Source of the DNA: Ruminococcus albus 7 = DSM 20455
GTDB taxonomy: Bacteria > Bacillota > Clostridia > Oscillospirales > Ruminococcaceae
Assembly (NCBI RefSeq): GCF_000179635.2
Contig: NC_014833.1
Span: 3,540,001 to 3,572,000, forward strand
Reading direction: 5' to 3'
DNA length: 32,000 bases
Shown: positions 1 to 8,563 of the stretch, one piece after another
How positions within the stretch are numbered: position 1 is the first letter of the stretch
Layout of the letters: each line of letters starts with the position of its first letter
Notes under the pieces: generated by a model
What the model was told of the DNA's origin: nothing
Database searches by the model: none
The model's input: the letters and a program-made list of their open reading frames with translations, nothing else
Position numbers and translations under genes: made by a program

Positions 1-1397
1 TCATCTATAAGGAAATCCACGAAGAATTTTGCGGCTTCTTTCATGGTATCATATTTCTGTGCAAGGAATTCCTTGTCCTGAGTAAACAGCCAGTGCTCCC
101 ATATATGAGTGCAAAGCCATGCCGCACCTGTCACCCACTGGGTACCCGGTATCCACAGATCCTGCGGTGCAGTATCACCCCATATATCCGTGTTGTGGTG
201 GCAGACAAAGCCGCTGCAACCGTACATCTCGCGGGCGGTATCCCTGCCATGCGGCCGCATACGTTCGATATGATCGAAAAGCGGGATATGCAGGTCGCCA
301 AGTCCGCATGGCTCGGCACACCAGTAGTTCATCTCGGTATTGATATTCACCGTGAACCTGCAGCCCCATGCAGGCCACATATCCTTGTTCCATATACCCT
401 GAAGATTCAGGGGCAGAGTACCCTCCCTGCTGCCTGCTATCATCAGGTATCTTCCGAAATCGAAATACAGGCTAACAAGCCCGTTATCGACACCGCCATC
501 TTTCACCAGCTTCAATCGCTCATCGGTAGGCAGACTGTAGCTGCCGCCGTCTTCAAAGACTATCTCCGCCCTGTCAAAATAACTGCGGTAGTCCTCTGTA
601 TGTTCTGCCAGCAATTCCTCAAAAGTCTTTCCGGCAGCAGTTATAACATCAAGTTCAGCACCCTTTTTATAATCGGTAACACGGAAATCAGTCTGTGCAC
701 CGAGTATTATCATTACACGGTCGCAGCAGTCTGTGACTATGCTGCTGCCCCACCTGCCGACAGTGCCGCCATAGCCGAGTACCCTTATATATGCCGCAAA
801 GCATATACCATCCTCAGAGCCGCAGCCGCCGTAGTATAGTATATCCGTGTCGTTCACAGGGCTGTTGTCATCAAAGTAATCATCGCGCCCGTCTATGCTC
901 ACCTTGACAGATACGGATGCAGGCTTGTCAGCATCAATACATACCGCCATTACCTGTGCAGGTTCCGAACATATCACGCGCCTTGTATAGTTTACTCCGT
1001 TTATGGAATACCTTGTTTCACAGACAGCGTTTTCAAGGTCAAGAGAACGCTCGGTGTACTCAAAGGTATCTTCCTTGTGATGCTGTATCGAAAGATCACC
1101 CAAAGGCATATAATGCCTCTCATTAACGGGTGTGCCGCAGAAGGCTTCCATTACGATCTTTTCTGCCTCAGCTATTTTTTCCTCACGCAGAAGCTGCCTT
1201 ACCTTTTCAAGGTTAGCTCTGGCAGAAGCATTGTTGCGCTTACGCGGACCTCCCGACCATACGGAATCTTCGTTCAGCTGTATTTTTTCATTGAGGGCCT
1301 GACCGAAACACATACCGCCTATCCTGCCGTTGCCAACAGGCAGCGCAACGTTCCAGTCCTCCGCAGGTCTTCTGAACCATATCCTTTTGTTTTCCAT
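1..1397 (-). CDS. Glycoside hydrolase family 95 (alpha-L-fucosidase-like). N-terminal ~465 aa only; the C-terminus runs off the left edge of the window.
   Basis: Absent from the ORF track because its stop lies outside the window. My translation of the minus strand from the ATG at 1397 reads MENKRIWFRRPAEDWNVALPVGNGRIGGMCFGQALNEKIQLNEDSVWSGGPRKRNN... and stays open to position 1. The W..A.P.GNGR.G.M.FG...LNE.S.WSG N-terminus is typical of GH95. The plus-strand ORFs listed here are antisense artefacts. Confidence 0.75.
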   Translation of the reverse strand, partial: MENKRIWFRRPAEDWNVALPVGNGRIGGMCFGQALNEKIQLNEDSVWSGGPRKRNNASARANLEKVRQLLREEKIAEAEKIVMEAFCGTPVNERHYMPLGDLSIQHHKEDTFEYTERSLDLENAVCETRYSINGVNYTRRVICSEPAQVMAVCIDADKPASVSVKVSIDGRDDYFDDNSPVNDTDILYYGGCGSEDGICFAAYIRVLGYGGTVGRWGSSIVTDCCDRVMIILGAQTDFRVTDYKKGAELDVITAAGKTFEELLAEHTEDYRSYFDRAEIVFEDGGSYSLPTDERLKLVKDGGVDNGLVSLYFDFGRYLMIAGSREGTLPLNLQGIWNKDMWPAWGCRFTVNINTEMNYWCAEPCGLGDLHIPLFDHIERMRPHGRDTAREMYGCSGFVCHHNTDIWGDTAPQDLWIPGTQWVTGAAWLCTHIWEHWLFTQDKEFLAQKYDTMKEAAKFFVDFLID

Positions 1398-1520
1398 AAG
1401 CACACCGCCGTTCTGTCGCGAAGACATATATATAAATATTATAACATATACTCCCCAAAAAGTAAAGACCCGACGTATCACAGGCATATATACCGTATGC
1501 AGCGTGTTGCAGACCCATGC

Positions 1521-1715
1521 GAGGGATGCGAACGCATATCACCGCATTCGTCCGATACCGTGTCACTAAAGGAGCGCCCTTTGCTATGTATGTTGCGTAC
1601 TGTGTACCCGCACGAGGGATGCGAACGCATATAGCCGCATTCGTCCGATACCGTGTCACCAAAGGAGCGCCCTTTGCTGTGTACGTTGCGTACTGTGTAC
1701 CCGCACGAGGGATGC
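1521..1715. repeat. Tandem direct repeat with a 93-bp unit. Two full copies (1521-1613 and 1614-1706, 5 mismatches) plus a truncated third copy. Degenerate related flanks at ~1495-1520 and 1764-1780.
   Basis: Direct reading: GAGGGATGCGAACGCATAT starts at 1521 and 1614, and its first 9 nt (GAGGGATGC) recur at 1707. GCTGTGTACGTTGCGTA of copy 2 (1676-1692) recurs at 1764-1780. Confidence 0.9.
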
Positions 1716-1782
1716 TTTTTTCTTTTCAGCTAACAGAGGGCACCGGGAAGCATACACTTGTCAGCTGTGTACGTTGCGTATT

Positions 1783-1812
1783 AAAGGGCTGATGCACCAA
1801 CATCAGCCCTTT
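1783..1812. terminator. Hairpin (12-bp stem, 6-nt loop) 20 nt downstream of the FtsX-permease stop. Likely its terminator.
   Basis: AAAGGGCTGATG-caccaa-CATCAGCCCTTT. The A/T runs are part of the arms, so it could act in either direction. Confidence 0.55.
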
Positions 1813-1832
1813 GAACTATCCTTATGATATGA

Positions 1833-4790
1833 TCAGTCTTCACCCAGTTTGAGCGCCTTGGATATATTTATCCTGCCGATAAGCCTGCCCAGAACCAGAA
1901 ATCCTGCAAGCAGCATCACCGCTATTACGGTATACAGCCTGAGATAGTCCTCACGAACAGGTATCACCGCAAACTCGGGCACACGACTGCTTACATCGAG
2001 AACGCTCTGGAAAAGCGGCACGAAAAGTTCGCTGGTTATGCCGCCTATGAATATGGCTGCAAATATCGCCACACCTGATACAAGTATCTGCTCGTATACT
2101 ATCATTGAGATTATCTCGCGGTACTTCATGCCCATGGCACGCAGTATGCCGAACTGCAGAGTCCTGCTCTTTATTGAAAGTATCCAGTAGATCAGGAAAC
2201 CGATGATACACATTATCATTATGGTAATGAATCCAAGTGTCAGCGCACCGTTCATGCCCTGCAGCATGGGATCGTTCTTCTTTGCGATGATCTCCTGCTT
2301 TGCAGATGTCATGCCTGTGACCTCTATTTTCGCTTTCTCAACAGAATCGTAAAATCCCTGCACCGAAGCATCATCCGCAAGATCTATCCATACCTGATAC
2401 GGCTCCATGTTGGTCTGTACGTTAACATAGTCAAAGTTCATCACAGCAAAGTCCATATAGCTGCCGTCGCCTGCCTCCGCATAAGGATCAAGACCCGGCC
2501 AGTAGTCAACAAATGCCAGCACCGTGGCATCGAAGGGTTCGTTGGCACCCCATTCGCATTCCACCGTATCGCCCAGTTCAAGTCCGTAGTCCTTGAACGC
2601 TGAGGAAAGTATCACACCGGGCGCATACTCCGCCAGCGCTTCAAGATAGTTGTTTATATGTGTCGGCAGAAGTCTTTGCTCAAAGTTTATGACCTCTGAA
2701 AAGCCTGCAGGCTGTACCGCCATAAGCTGTACGTTCCTGTCAGTATTCGAGGAACCTGCGTTCATATCCTGATTGAGGAAGTCCTCCCTTTTCTTCTCGG
2801 TCTTTTTTTCAGCCGAACGCTTTACCACCGTCATCTTGCTGCTTTTTACAGTCACACCGTCACGTCTGAATACCTTTGCAGCGTGCTGTACTCCTTCCAG
2901 CTTTTCAAATCTTTCAAACACAGGTTCAGTATAGGTCACTACCGTCGCGGTGTCTGTGTCCTCCTCAGCCGCCTGCTGCATACCTCCGCCCATATTCGCT
3001 GAAGGTCCGGATCGCTTCTGTGCAGCCTCGGTCTTGCTTGAATACCATTCCTCTGCCAGTACTATATCCGCACCGTTCGCATACTCCACGGTTTCCTCAG
3101 CGTTGCGGTTGAGTGCCCTCGCTGTGTTCGCAAAGAACACGCCCAGGGAAACTGTCAGCACAAGGAACAGCATGAGGAACCTCTCTCTGCCCGTTGCCGA
3201 CCTGCCTATGTTGTTCAGCGACACATACTGCGCAGGCGACCAGAAGCGCTTTCCTGCACTGCTTATCAGCCTGATGAGCATAGGATATATCCTTATCAGG
3301 AAAAGTCCCAGACCGAGTATGAATGCCGTTGATGCAACGAACATCATGGGATTAACTGTGGCTGTCGTATCGGTTATACCAAGGTCAAGCAGTTTCGCCT
3401 GCGTTCGCTTGTAGTAGTACAGCCACGCAAATGAGCCGCCTGCAAGTATTACATCCAGCCCCACCTTTTCCCATAGAGCCAGCTTTTTCTTTTTCGCCTT
3501 TGACTGCTTGTGCTCAACTATGGTAGTGCGTAAAGCAGGCACTATAGGCACCAGAGTAGTTATAAAGAACACCAGCACCGCCGCAGCCGCATATAAGAAT
3601 GCCTCTGCTGTCAGCCTTACAGGCATGGCACGTCGGTTAACAAATTCAAGGAAGCCGTTTGATGCACCAAGTATCCTGCAAAGCCCAAGCCCTGCAAAAG
3701 GTCCTGCTATGGCGGTCAGTATGCCCAGCACCAGAGATTCCAGCGCGTATATACCCAGTATCTGTCTGTTGCCTGCACCACGGCTCTTGAATACCGCTAT
3801 CTCGTTCTTTTCCTGCTCTATATTCAGCTTTGATACCATGAACAGGTAGAATATTATCATCAGTATAACAGGTATCTGCAGCAGCCACAGCAGCAGTGTC
3901 AGCTGTGAGGAACGCTTTGCATAATCGGTAAGTATATCCTTTGCAGGTATGATAAATCCGGTATCGTTTTTCTTGAATACCTCTTTCTGTGAGTTGTAGC
4001 TGCTGTTGATAGCTTTCAGCTCAGGGATATCCAGTTTGGTATAGTCGATGAAGAAATTATAACTCGCCTTAGATATGTTGACTGCTTTTGTAGGCAGCAT
4101 CTCGTTCATCATGGTATCATAGTCAGTAAATACTGCAGCAGTATAAGCTTCGTCTATACCCTCAGCCCAGAAAGGGTCATTCTCATCGGCAACGTCGATA
4201 AGACCTACTATCTCTATCTTTACCGACTTTTCATTGTCAAACAGATTCGCTATCTCATAAACGGTATCAAGCGCAAGTCCGTTGGTCTTCAGGGACTTTT
4301 CAGTAGCCATGCACTCGAATACACCGTCATCACGCACACCCTTTGTCATCATTCTGCCCGATGAAGCAGCGGAGTGCTCACATATATCCGACATACCCCC
4401 AAGGGTCAGCCTTGCAGGGGTCTCTCCTGCCTCTACGGATATAGACTTGCAGTACAGGTCGTTATCCAGCACCACCTTTTTGCTGCCTGCCACAGGCAGG
4501 TCAAGCTCCCCGAACTGCTTCTCAGCCAGCGCGGTATATTCCTCCATAGTCCGTACCTGCTCATCGGTACTCAGCTTGCTTTTAAAGCTGTGCGAGGTAT
4601 TGTAAGACCCGGGGTATATCATGTATTCTTCCTGAAAAGCCTCCATATCCTTTACCAGCATACGCTGCAGCGAGGCATTCATATATATAGGTATGGTGCT
4701 CATCATAGCCGATGCCATGATAAAACCTGTCAGCAGGCAGAACACCATCCATTTGGTATTTCGCATCTTGCGAAGCAGAAGTGTAAACAT
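1833..4790 (-). CDS. Large FtsX-family ABC transporter permease (985 aa, two FtsX/MacB-type permease modules with large extracytoplasmic domains)
   Basis: Intact ORF. AAGGAG lies 9 nt upstream of the ATG. Hydrophobic helix clusters sit mid-protein and at the C-terminus, each following a large soluble domain, as in YbbP/MacB-like permeases. TGA stop. Confidence 0.8.
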   Translation of the reverse strand: MFTLLLRKMRNTKWMVFCLLTGFIMASAMMSTIPIYMNASLQRMLVKDMEAFQEEYMIYPGSYNTSHSFKSKLSTDEQVRTMEEYTALAEKQFGELDLPVAGSKKVVLDNDLYCKSISVEAGETPARLTLGGMSDICEHSAASSGRMMTKGVRDDGVFECMATEKSLKTNGLALDTVYEIANLFDNEKSVKIEIVGLIDVADENDPFWAEGIDEAYTAAVFTDYDTMMNEMLPTKAVNISKASYNFFIDYTKLDIPELKAINSSYNSQKEVFKKNDTGFIIPAKDILTDYAKRSSQLTLLLWLLQIPVILMIIFYLFMVSKLNIEQEKNEIAVFKSRGAGNRQILGIYALESLVLGILTAIAGPFAGLGLCRILGASNGFLEFVNRRAMPVRLTAEAFLYAAAAVLVFFITTLVPIVPALRTTIVEHKQSKAKKKKLALWEKVGLDVILAGGSFAWLYYYKRTQAKLLDLGITDTTATVNPMMFVASTAFILGLGLFLIRIYPMLIRLISSAGKRFWSPAQYVSLNNIGRSATGRERFLMLFLVLTVSLGVFFANTARALNRNAEETVEYANGADIVLAEEWYSSKTEAAQKRSGPSANMGGGMQQAAEEDTDTATVVTYTEPVFERFEKLEGVQHAAKVFRRDGVTVKSSKMTVVKRSAEKKTEKKREDFLNQDMNAGSSNTDRNVQLMAVQPAGFSEVINFEQRLLPTHINNYLEALAEYAPGVILSSAFKDYGLELGDTVECEWGANEPFDATVLAFVDYWPGLDPYAEAGDGSYMDFAVMNFDYVNVQTNMEPYQVWIDLADDASVQGFYDSVEKAKIEVTGMTSAKQEIIAKKNDPMLQGMNGALTLGFITIMIMCIIGFLIYWILSIKSRTLQFGILRAMGMKYREIISMIVYEQILVSGVAIFAAIFIGGITSELFVPLFQSVLDVSSRVPEFAVIPVREDYLRLYTVIAVMLLAGFLVLGRLIGRINISKALKLGED

Positions 4791-4810
4791 TGAGTGCAGC
4801 TCCTTGCTTT

Positions 4811-5878
4811 TTATTTCAGAACGAGCTCGTCGCCCTCGTTTATGCCCGATACTATCTCGGACTGCGAACCTGTGGTCAGACCTGTTTCTATGGGAACAGC
4901 TGTCTTTTCACCGTTTTTCAGCACGTATACGACTTTTTCGCCGTCCACCTTTTTGATAAGATTATTTGATATGACTATAACATTCTCTGCTTTATCCAGC
5001 ACGAGTATCACATCTGCCAGCTGACCCAGTGCATCTGCGGGTATATCCCCCTCAAAACGGACATAGATGGTATCAGCCTCATAGGCGATGCCTGTTTTAT
5101 CCTCCTTGTCGTGGGATGCTTTTACTTCCTCCTGATAAACTGCCAGCGCCGCAGGATCCATGAATACCACGCCGTCATAGTAGTTCTCGTTTATGCGTAT
5201 CTGCACCTTTGTATCAACGCTGAACTTTGACATATCATCAGGCTTTACAGCTATATACAGCGCGGTCGTATCTATCACTGTAGCAACTGTCTGTCCCGAG
5301 CTTACATTATCGCCTTCACGGACATCTGCAAGCTGTGACACTACTCCGTCAATGGGAGAACGCAGTACCGAGCCATCTTTTCTCTCACGGAGCTTGTTCA
5401 GCTCACGCTCTATCAGCTGTACGTCAACGTAAGCTGAATCTATCTGAGCCTGAGTACCGCCGCTTTCCCATATCATATCCACGTTCAGCTTTGCCTTTTG
5501 CAGATAAAGCTCCTTTTCGGCTATCTGATCGTCAAGATCAGACGTATCTATCTCACAGATGGCATCGCCTTTTTTCACCTTATCGCCTGCACGCACATTG
5601 AAATCAAGTATGACTCCGCTCTGCTTTTCATAGCTGAGGTCATACTGTCTTTCCGCGGTAACAGTACCTGTGCTGACCAGCTTTTTCTCTATATCCTTGC
5701 GTTTCGCTGTTACGGTGGTATAGCTGACCTCGCTTGCTTTTACCGCAGGCGGTACAGCAGCTTCCTCCTCATCAGGCAGCAGGTAGCAGCCCGATGTCAT
5801 CATAACTGCCGCGGCGCATACCATTGTCGGTAATGTGCGGCAGATGAACTTTTTTATATCTGCAAGACCTTTCATCAT
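4811..5878 (-). CDS. HlyD/MacA-type efflux periplasmic adaptor (membrane fusion protein). Probable lipoprotein.
   Basis: N-terminal signal ending AAAVMMTSGC (lipobox-like). Has the biotinyl-lipoyl-like motif (VRAGDKVKKGDAICEID), a coiled-coil segment, and C-terminal beta-barrel-like repeats ending EGDELVLK. Sits 20 nt upstream of the FtsX permease. Confidence 0.75.
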   Translation of the reverse strand: MMKGLADIKKFICRTLPTMVCAAAVMMTSGCYLLPDEEEAAVPPAVKASEVSYTTVTAKRKDIEKKLVSTGTVTAERQYDLSYEKQSGVILDFNVRAGDKVKKGDAICEIDTSDLDDQIAEKELYLQKAKLNVDMIWESGGTQAQIDSAYVDVQLIERELNKLRERKDGSVLRSPIDGVVSQLADVREGDNVSSGQTVATVIDTTALYIAVKPDDMSKFSVDTKVQIRINENYYDGVVFMDPAALAVYQEEVKASHDKEDKTGIAYEADTIYVRFEGDIPADALGQLADVILVLDKAENVIVISNNLIKKVDGEKVVYVLKNGEKTAVPIETGLTTGSQSEIVSGINEGDELVLK

Positions 5879-6135
5879 TTGTCCCTCCGAAAAAACTGTC
5901 TTTTATATACATACTACCTCATTATACCATTTTCTGCTTGCTTTGGCTATATGCAACAGGACAAAATTAAACTTATTTTTTCAGCACAATGCACAACCAT
6001 ATTCTTAATATTCATATTATTTACCGATAATACAGCTATCACACAATGTAAACGATAACAGAATTATATAATTATATGATATACTGATACGTATCCTTAA
6101 ATGTTCCACGTGGAACATTTGTTCTGGTTCAGTCA

Positions 6136-6166
6136 CAAAAAACTGCCCCCGCATCAGCAGGGGCAG
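6136..6166 (-). terminator. Rho-independent terminator of hom
   Basis: On the minus strand: CTGCCCC-tgctgatgcg-GGGGCAG followed by TTTTTT, about 20 nt after the hom TGA. Confidence 0.7.
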
Positions 6167-6184
6167 GAACATATTATTTTATTA

Positions 6185-7429
6185 TCAGAACATTCTGATC
6201 TTGCTTGCGATCTCAGCAGAGTGAGAAAGTATAGTAAGATTAGCATCTATGTCGCTCTCTACCATATTGGGTGTGATGAAAGCCAGCTCATCATCGGGAC
6301 GGTTAGCACGCTCGATATACATCAGCTTGCCGAACATCTCGGAGATAGAAGGCTTGAGAGTCTGTACATCCTTGCCCTTGAGGCGAACGTACATGGAGCA
6401 GTTTGTATCCTTGTAGCGTACAACGAACTTTTCGTCCTTCTTGGATTCATTCCAGTGGATGCCCAGTGATCTGCCGTTATGTCTGAGGCAGTCGATGATA
6501 TCACCGACAACAGCAGAAGCGGTAGGCAGCTTGCCTGCGCCCTGACCGTAAAACAGTACATCGCCCACACCGTCACCTGTAACGCTTACTGCGTTGTATA
6601 CATCATCAACACTTGCCAGCATATTGCTCTTGGGAACAAGTCTGGGGCATACGATAGCGCTGAGGCTGCCGTCCTCAAGTCTCTTTACAGATGCTATCAG
6701 CTTGATCACGTAGCCTGCATTGTCAGCGTACTCAACATCATCAAGAGTGATGCGTGTGATACCTGACTTATGTACCATTTCGGGATATATATGCTTGCCG
6801 TATACCAGTGAACCGAGGATACAGATCTTGCGGCACGCATCCTCGCCCTCAACATCGGCAGTAGGATCAGCCTCGGCATAGCCCAGCTGCTGAGCCAGCT
6901 TCAGTGCATCCTCAAAGCTCATCTGATCCTTTATCATCTTAGTGAGTATAAAGTTGGTAGTACCGTTGAGTATACCCGAGATCTGCTGTATCTCGTTACC
7001 TGCAAGACACTTGTACAGAGGTCTGATTATCGGTATACCGCCGCCAACGCTGGCTTCAAACAGATAGGAACAGCCGTTATCCTGTGCAAGCTGCAAAAGC
7101 TCAGCACCGTAAGCCGCAACAAGCGCCTTGTTGGATGTGACAACGCTCTTGCCCTTGGCAAGCAGCTTCTTGGTGTATTCATAAGCGAATGTTGTACCGC
7201 CTACTACCTCGGCAACTACCTCTATCTCATCATCGTTGAGTATAGTATCAAAATCGTGTATAATCCTGTCAGCAAAAGGTGACTCAGGAAAATCCCTGAG
7301 ATCAAGGATGTACTTGATATCACAATCTCTGCCTATCTTATTGCTTATAGATTCCCTGTTCTTCATAAACAGCTCTACTGTACCCGAGCCGACTACACCG
7401 TATCCGATGACAGCAACATTTTTACTCAT
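6185..7429 (-). CDS. hom: Homoserine dehydrogenase (with C-terminal ACT-like regulatory domain)
   Basis: N-terminal Rossmann motif VAVIGYGVVGSG. Conserved core segments (GGIPIIR, GILNGTTNFILT, AQQLGYAEADP..DVEGEDA). 414 aa, a typical length. Confidence 0.9.
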   Translation of the reverse strand: MSKNVAVIGYGVVGSGTVELFMKNRESISNKIGRDCDIKYILDLRDFPESPFADRIIHDFDTILNDDEIEVVAEVVGGTTFAYEYTKKLLAKGKSVVTSNKALVAAYGAELLQLAQDNGCSYLFEASVGGGIPIIRPLYKCLAGNEIQQISGILNGTTNFILTKMIKDQMSFEDALKLAQQLGYAEADPTADVEGEDACRKICILGSLVYGKHIYPEMVHKSGITRITLDDVEYADNAGYVIKLIASVKRLEDGSLSAIVCPRLVPKSNMLASVDDVYNAVSVTGDGVGDVLFYGQGAGKLPTASAVVGDIIDCLRHNGRSLGIHWNESKKDEKFVVRYKDTNCSMYVRLKGKDVQTLKPSISEMFGKLMYIERANRPDDELAFITPNMVESDIDANLTILSHSAEIASKIRMF

Positions 7430-7482
7430 AATTTAATTATCCTCTTCCCAATTAATATTTTTTCTGCCTGCGCAGACCGAAA

Positions 7483-7929
7483 TCACTCGCCCGAGATTAT
7501 CTTCGCTTCAACCACGCCCGACACCTTTGAAAGCTCCTCAGTGAGTTTCTGGGTGTTGAGTGTATCTCTGTCGAACCTGACGGAGAACGTTACCGTAGCC
7601 ACTGAATCCACGGGGATGTTCTGGTTTATTGTCAGTATATTTGTCCCCAGCTCATAAAGCTTTGATATTATTGAGGACAGTACGCCCTTTTCATCACGCA
7701 GGGTGCAGTAAACGGAAACGATATTATTCGTAAGACGTTCCTCATAATTAAAAACGGAGTCCTTATATTTATAGTAAGCACTCCTGGATATACCGACCGC
7801 TCTGCAAGCTTCGGTAGAGGTAGATACCTCGCCCCTCGCCCGCATACGCTTGGCAGCAAGCACCTTCAGCACGATATCAGGCAGTACATCCGCACTGACT
7901 ATCACCAGACCGGAGTCGTTATCAGCCAC
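7483..7929 (-). CDS. UPF0735 ACT-domain protein (PheB-like)
   Basis: The segment ISRSAYYKYKDSVFNY followed by an ACT fold resembles B. subtilis PheB as I recall it. I moved the start to the GTG at 7929, which has GGAGGTG 8 nt upstream. The track ATG at 7974 has no RBS. Confidence 0.7.
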   Translation of the reverse strand: MADNDSGLVIVSADVLPDIVLKVLAAKRMRARGEVSTSTEACRAVGISRSAYYKYKDSVFNYEERLTNNIVSVYCTLRDEKGVLSSIISKLYELGTNILTINQNIPVDSVATVTFSVRFDRDTLNTQKLTEELSKVSGVVEAKIISGE

Positions 7930-8159
7930 GAAAAGTTCACCTCCGACAAACAAGTGTATTCGCAACACATACAACTATATCACGTTTTCACTGATTTGTC
8001 AAGAGAACTTTTTTTGAACATACCACGCCCTCAATACACAGACAGGCTCGATAAGTGCGCCGGAAGGGCTCTATACGCGGCAGGTATAGTTATTATCAAC
8101 GAAATTGTTAACAGGGTTACCTTACTATTGTTAATTTTGCGGAAAAAAATAGCACCGTC

Positions 8160-8188
8160 TTGAATTTTATCCTAAAAAGATGTAAAAT
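8160..8188 (+). promoter_or_regulatory. Candidate sigma-A promoter of the V-ATPase operon
   Basis: TTGAAT (8160-8165), 17-nt spacer, TAAAAT (8183-8188), about 45 nt upstream of the first operon gene. Confidence 0.3.
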
Positions 8189-8233
8189 AAAATTACATTT
8201 TGTTGTGAGTAACTGCCGAAAGGAGTGAGCAGT

Positions 8234-8533
8234 TTGGATATAATCAGTGAGATACTGGAAACCGACAGACTTGCCGAAGAAAAGCTTGAACAGGCCAAGC
8301 AGGAACGCAGCCGTATGCTGGCTGACTGCGAGAAAGCTGTCAAGAGGATACATGATAACGCTGAATCCGAAGCCGGTCTGTACCGTGACTTCCTTTTTGG
8401 TGAGGATACCAGTGAGGAAACGGCAAAGGTTCTGAAAGAAAGCGAAAAAGAACAGCTCGATGCCCTTGTAGAGGCTTACGAGAGGTGTCACGAAGAATGG
8501 GAAACGGAGATAATCGCTGCGATAACGGGCTAA
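8234..8533 (+). CDS. Small coiled-coil V-type ATPase stalk subunit (G/H-like)
   Basis: First gene of the operon. Charged, helical ~99 aa (LAEEKLEQAKQERSRML...). The TTG at 8234 is preceded by AGGAG at 8 nt. The track start at 8225 overlaps the RBS. Confidence 0.5.
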   Translation: MDIISEILETDRLAEEKLEQAKQERSRMLADCEKAVKRIHDNAESEAGLYRDFLFGEDTSEETAKVLKESEKEQLDALVEAYERCHEEWETEIIAAITG

Positions 8534-8563
8534 TACCCATGCGGCTGAAAGGGGGTGCCCGAT

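Noticed and set aside
93-1634. Several plus-strand ORFs (93-839, 119-343, 917-1126, 1077-1634) in the first 1.6 kb
   Set aside because: They are antisense to a continuous minus-strand frame that has a clear GH95-type N-terminus. Their compositions are Cys/His/Pro/Arg-rich and they have no RBS. They are shadows of the real gene, which the track missed because it has no stop in the window.
1517-1792. 91-aa ORF reading through the 93-bp tandem repeat, giving in-frame 31-aa protein repeats
   Set aside because: There is no Shine-Dalgarno sequence and the composition is implausible. An equally long ORF exists on the opposite strand (1288-1662). That the period is a multiple of 3 is noted, but it is not enough to call a gene.
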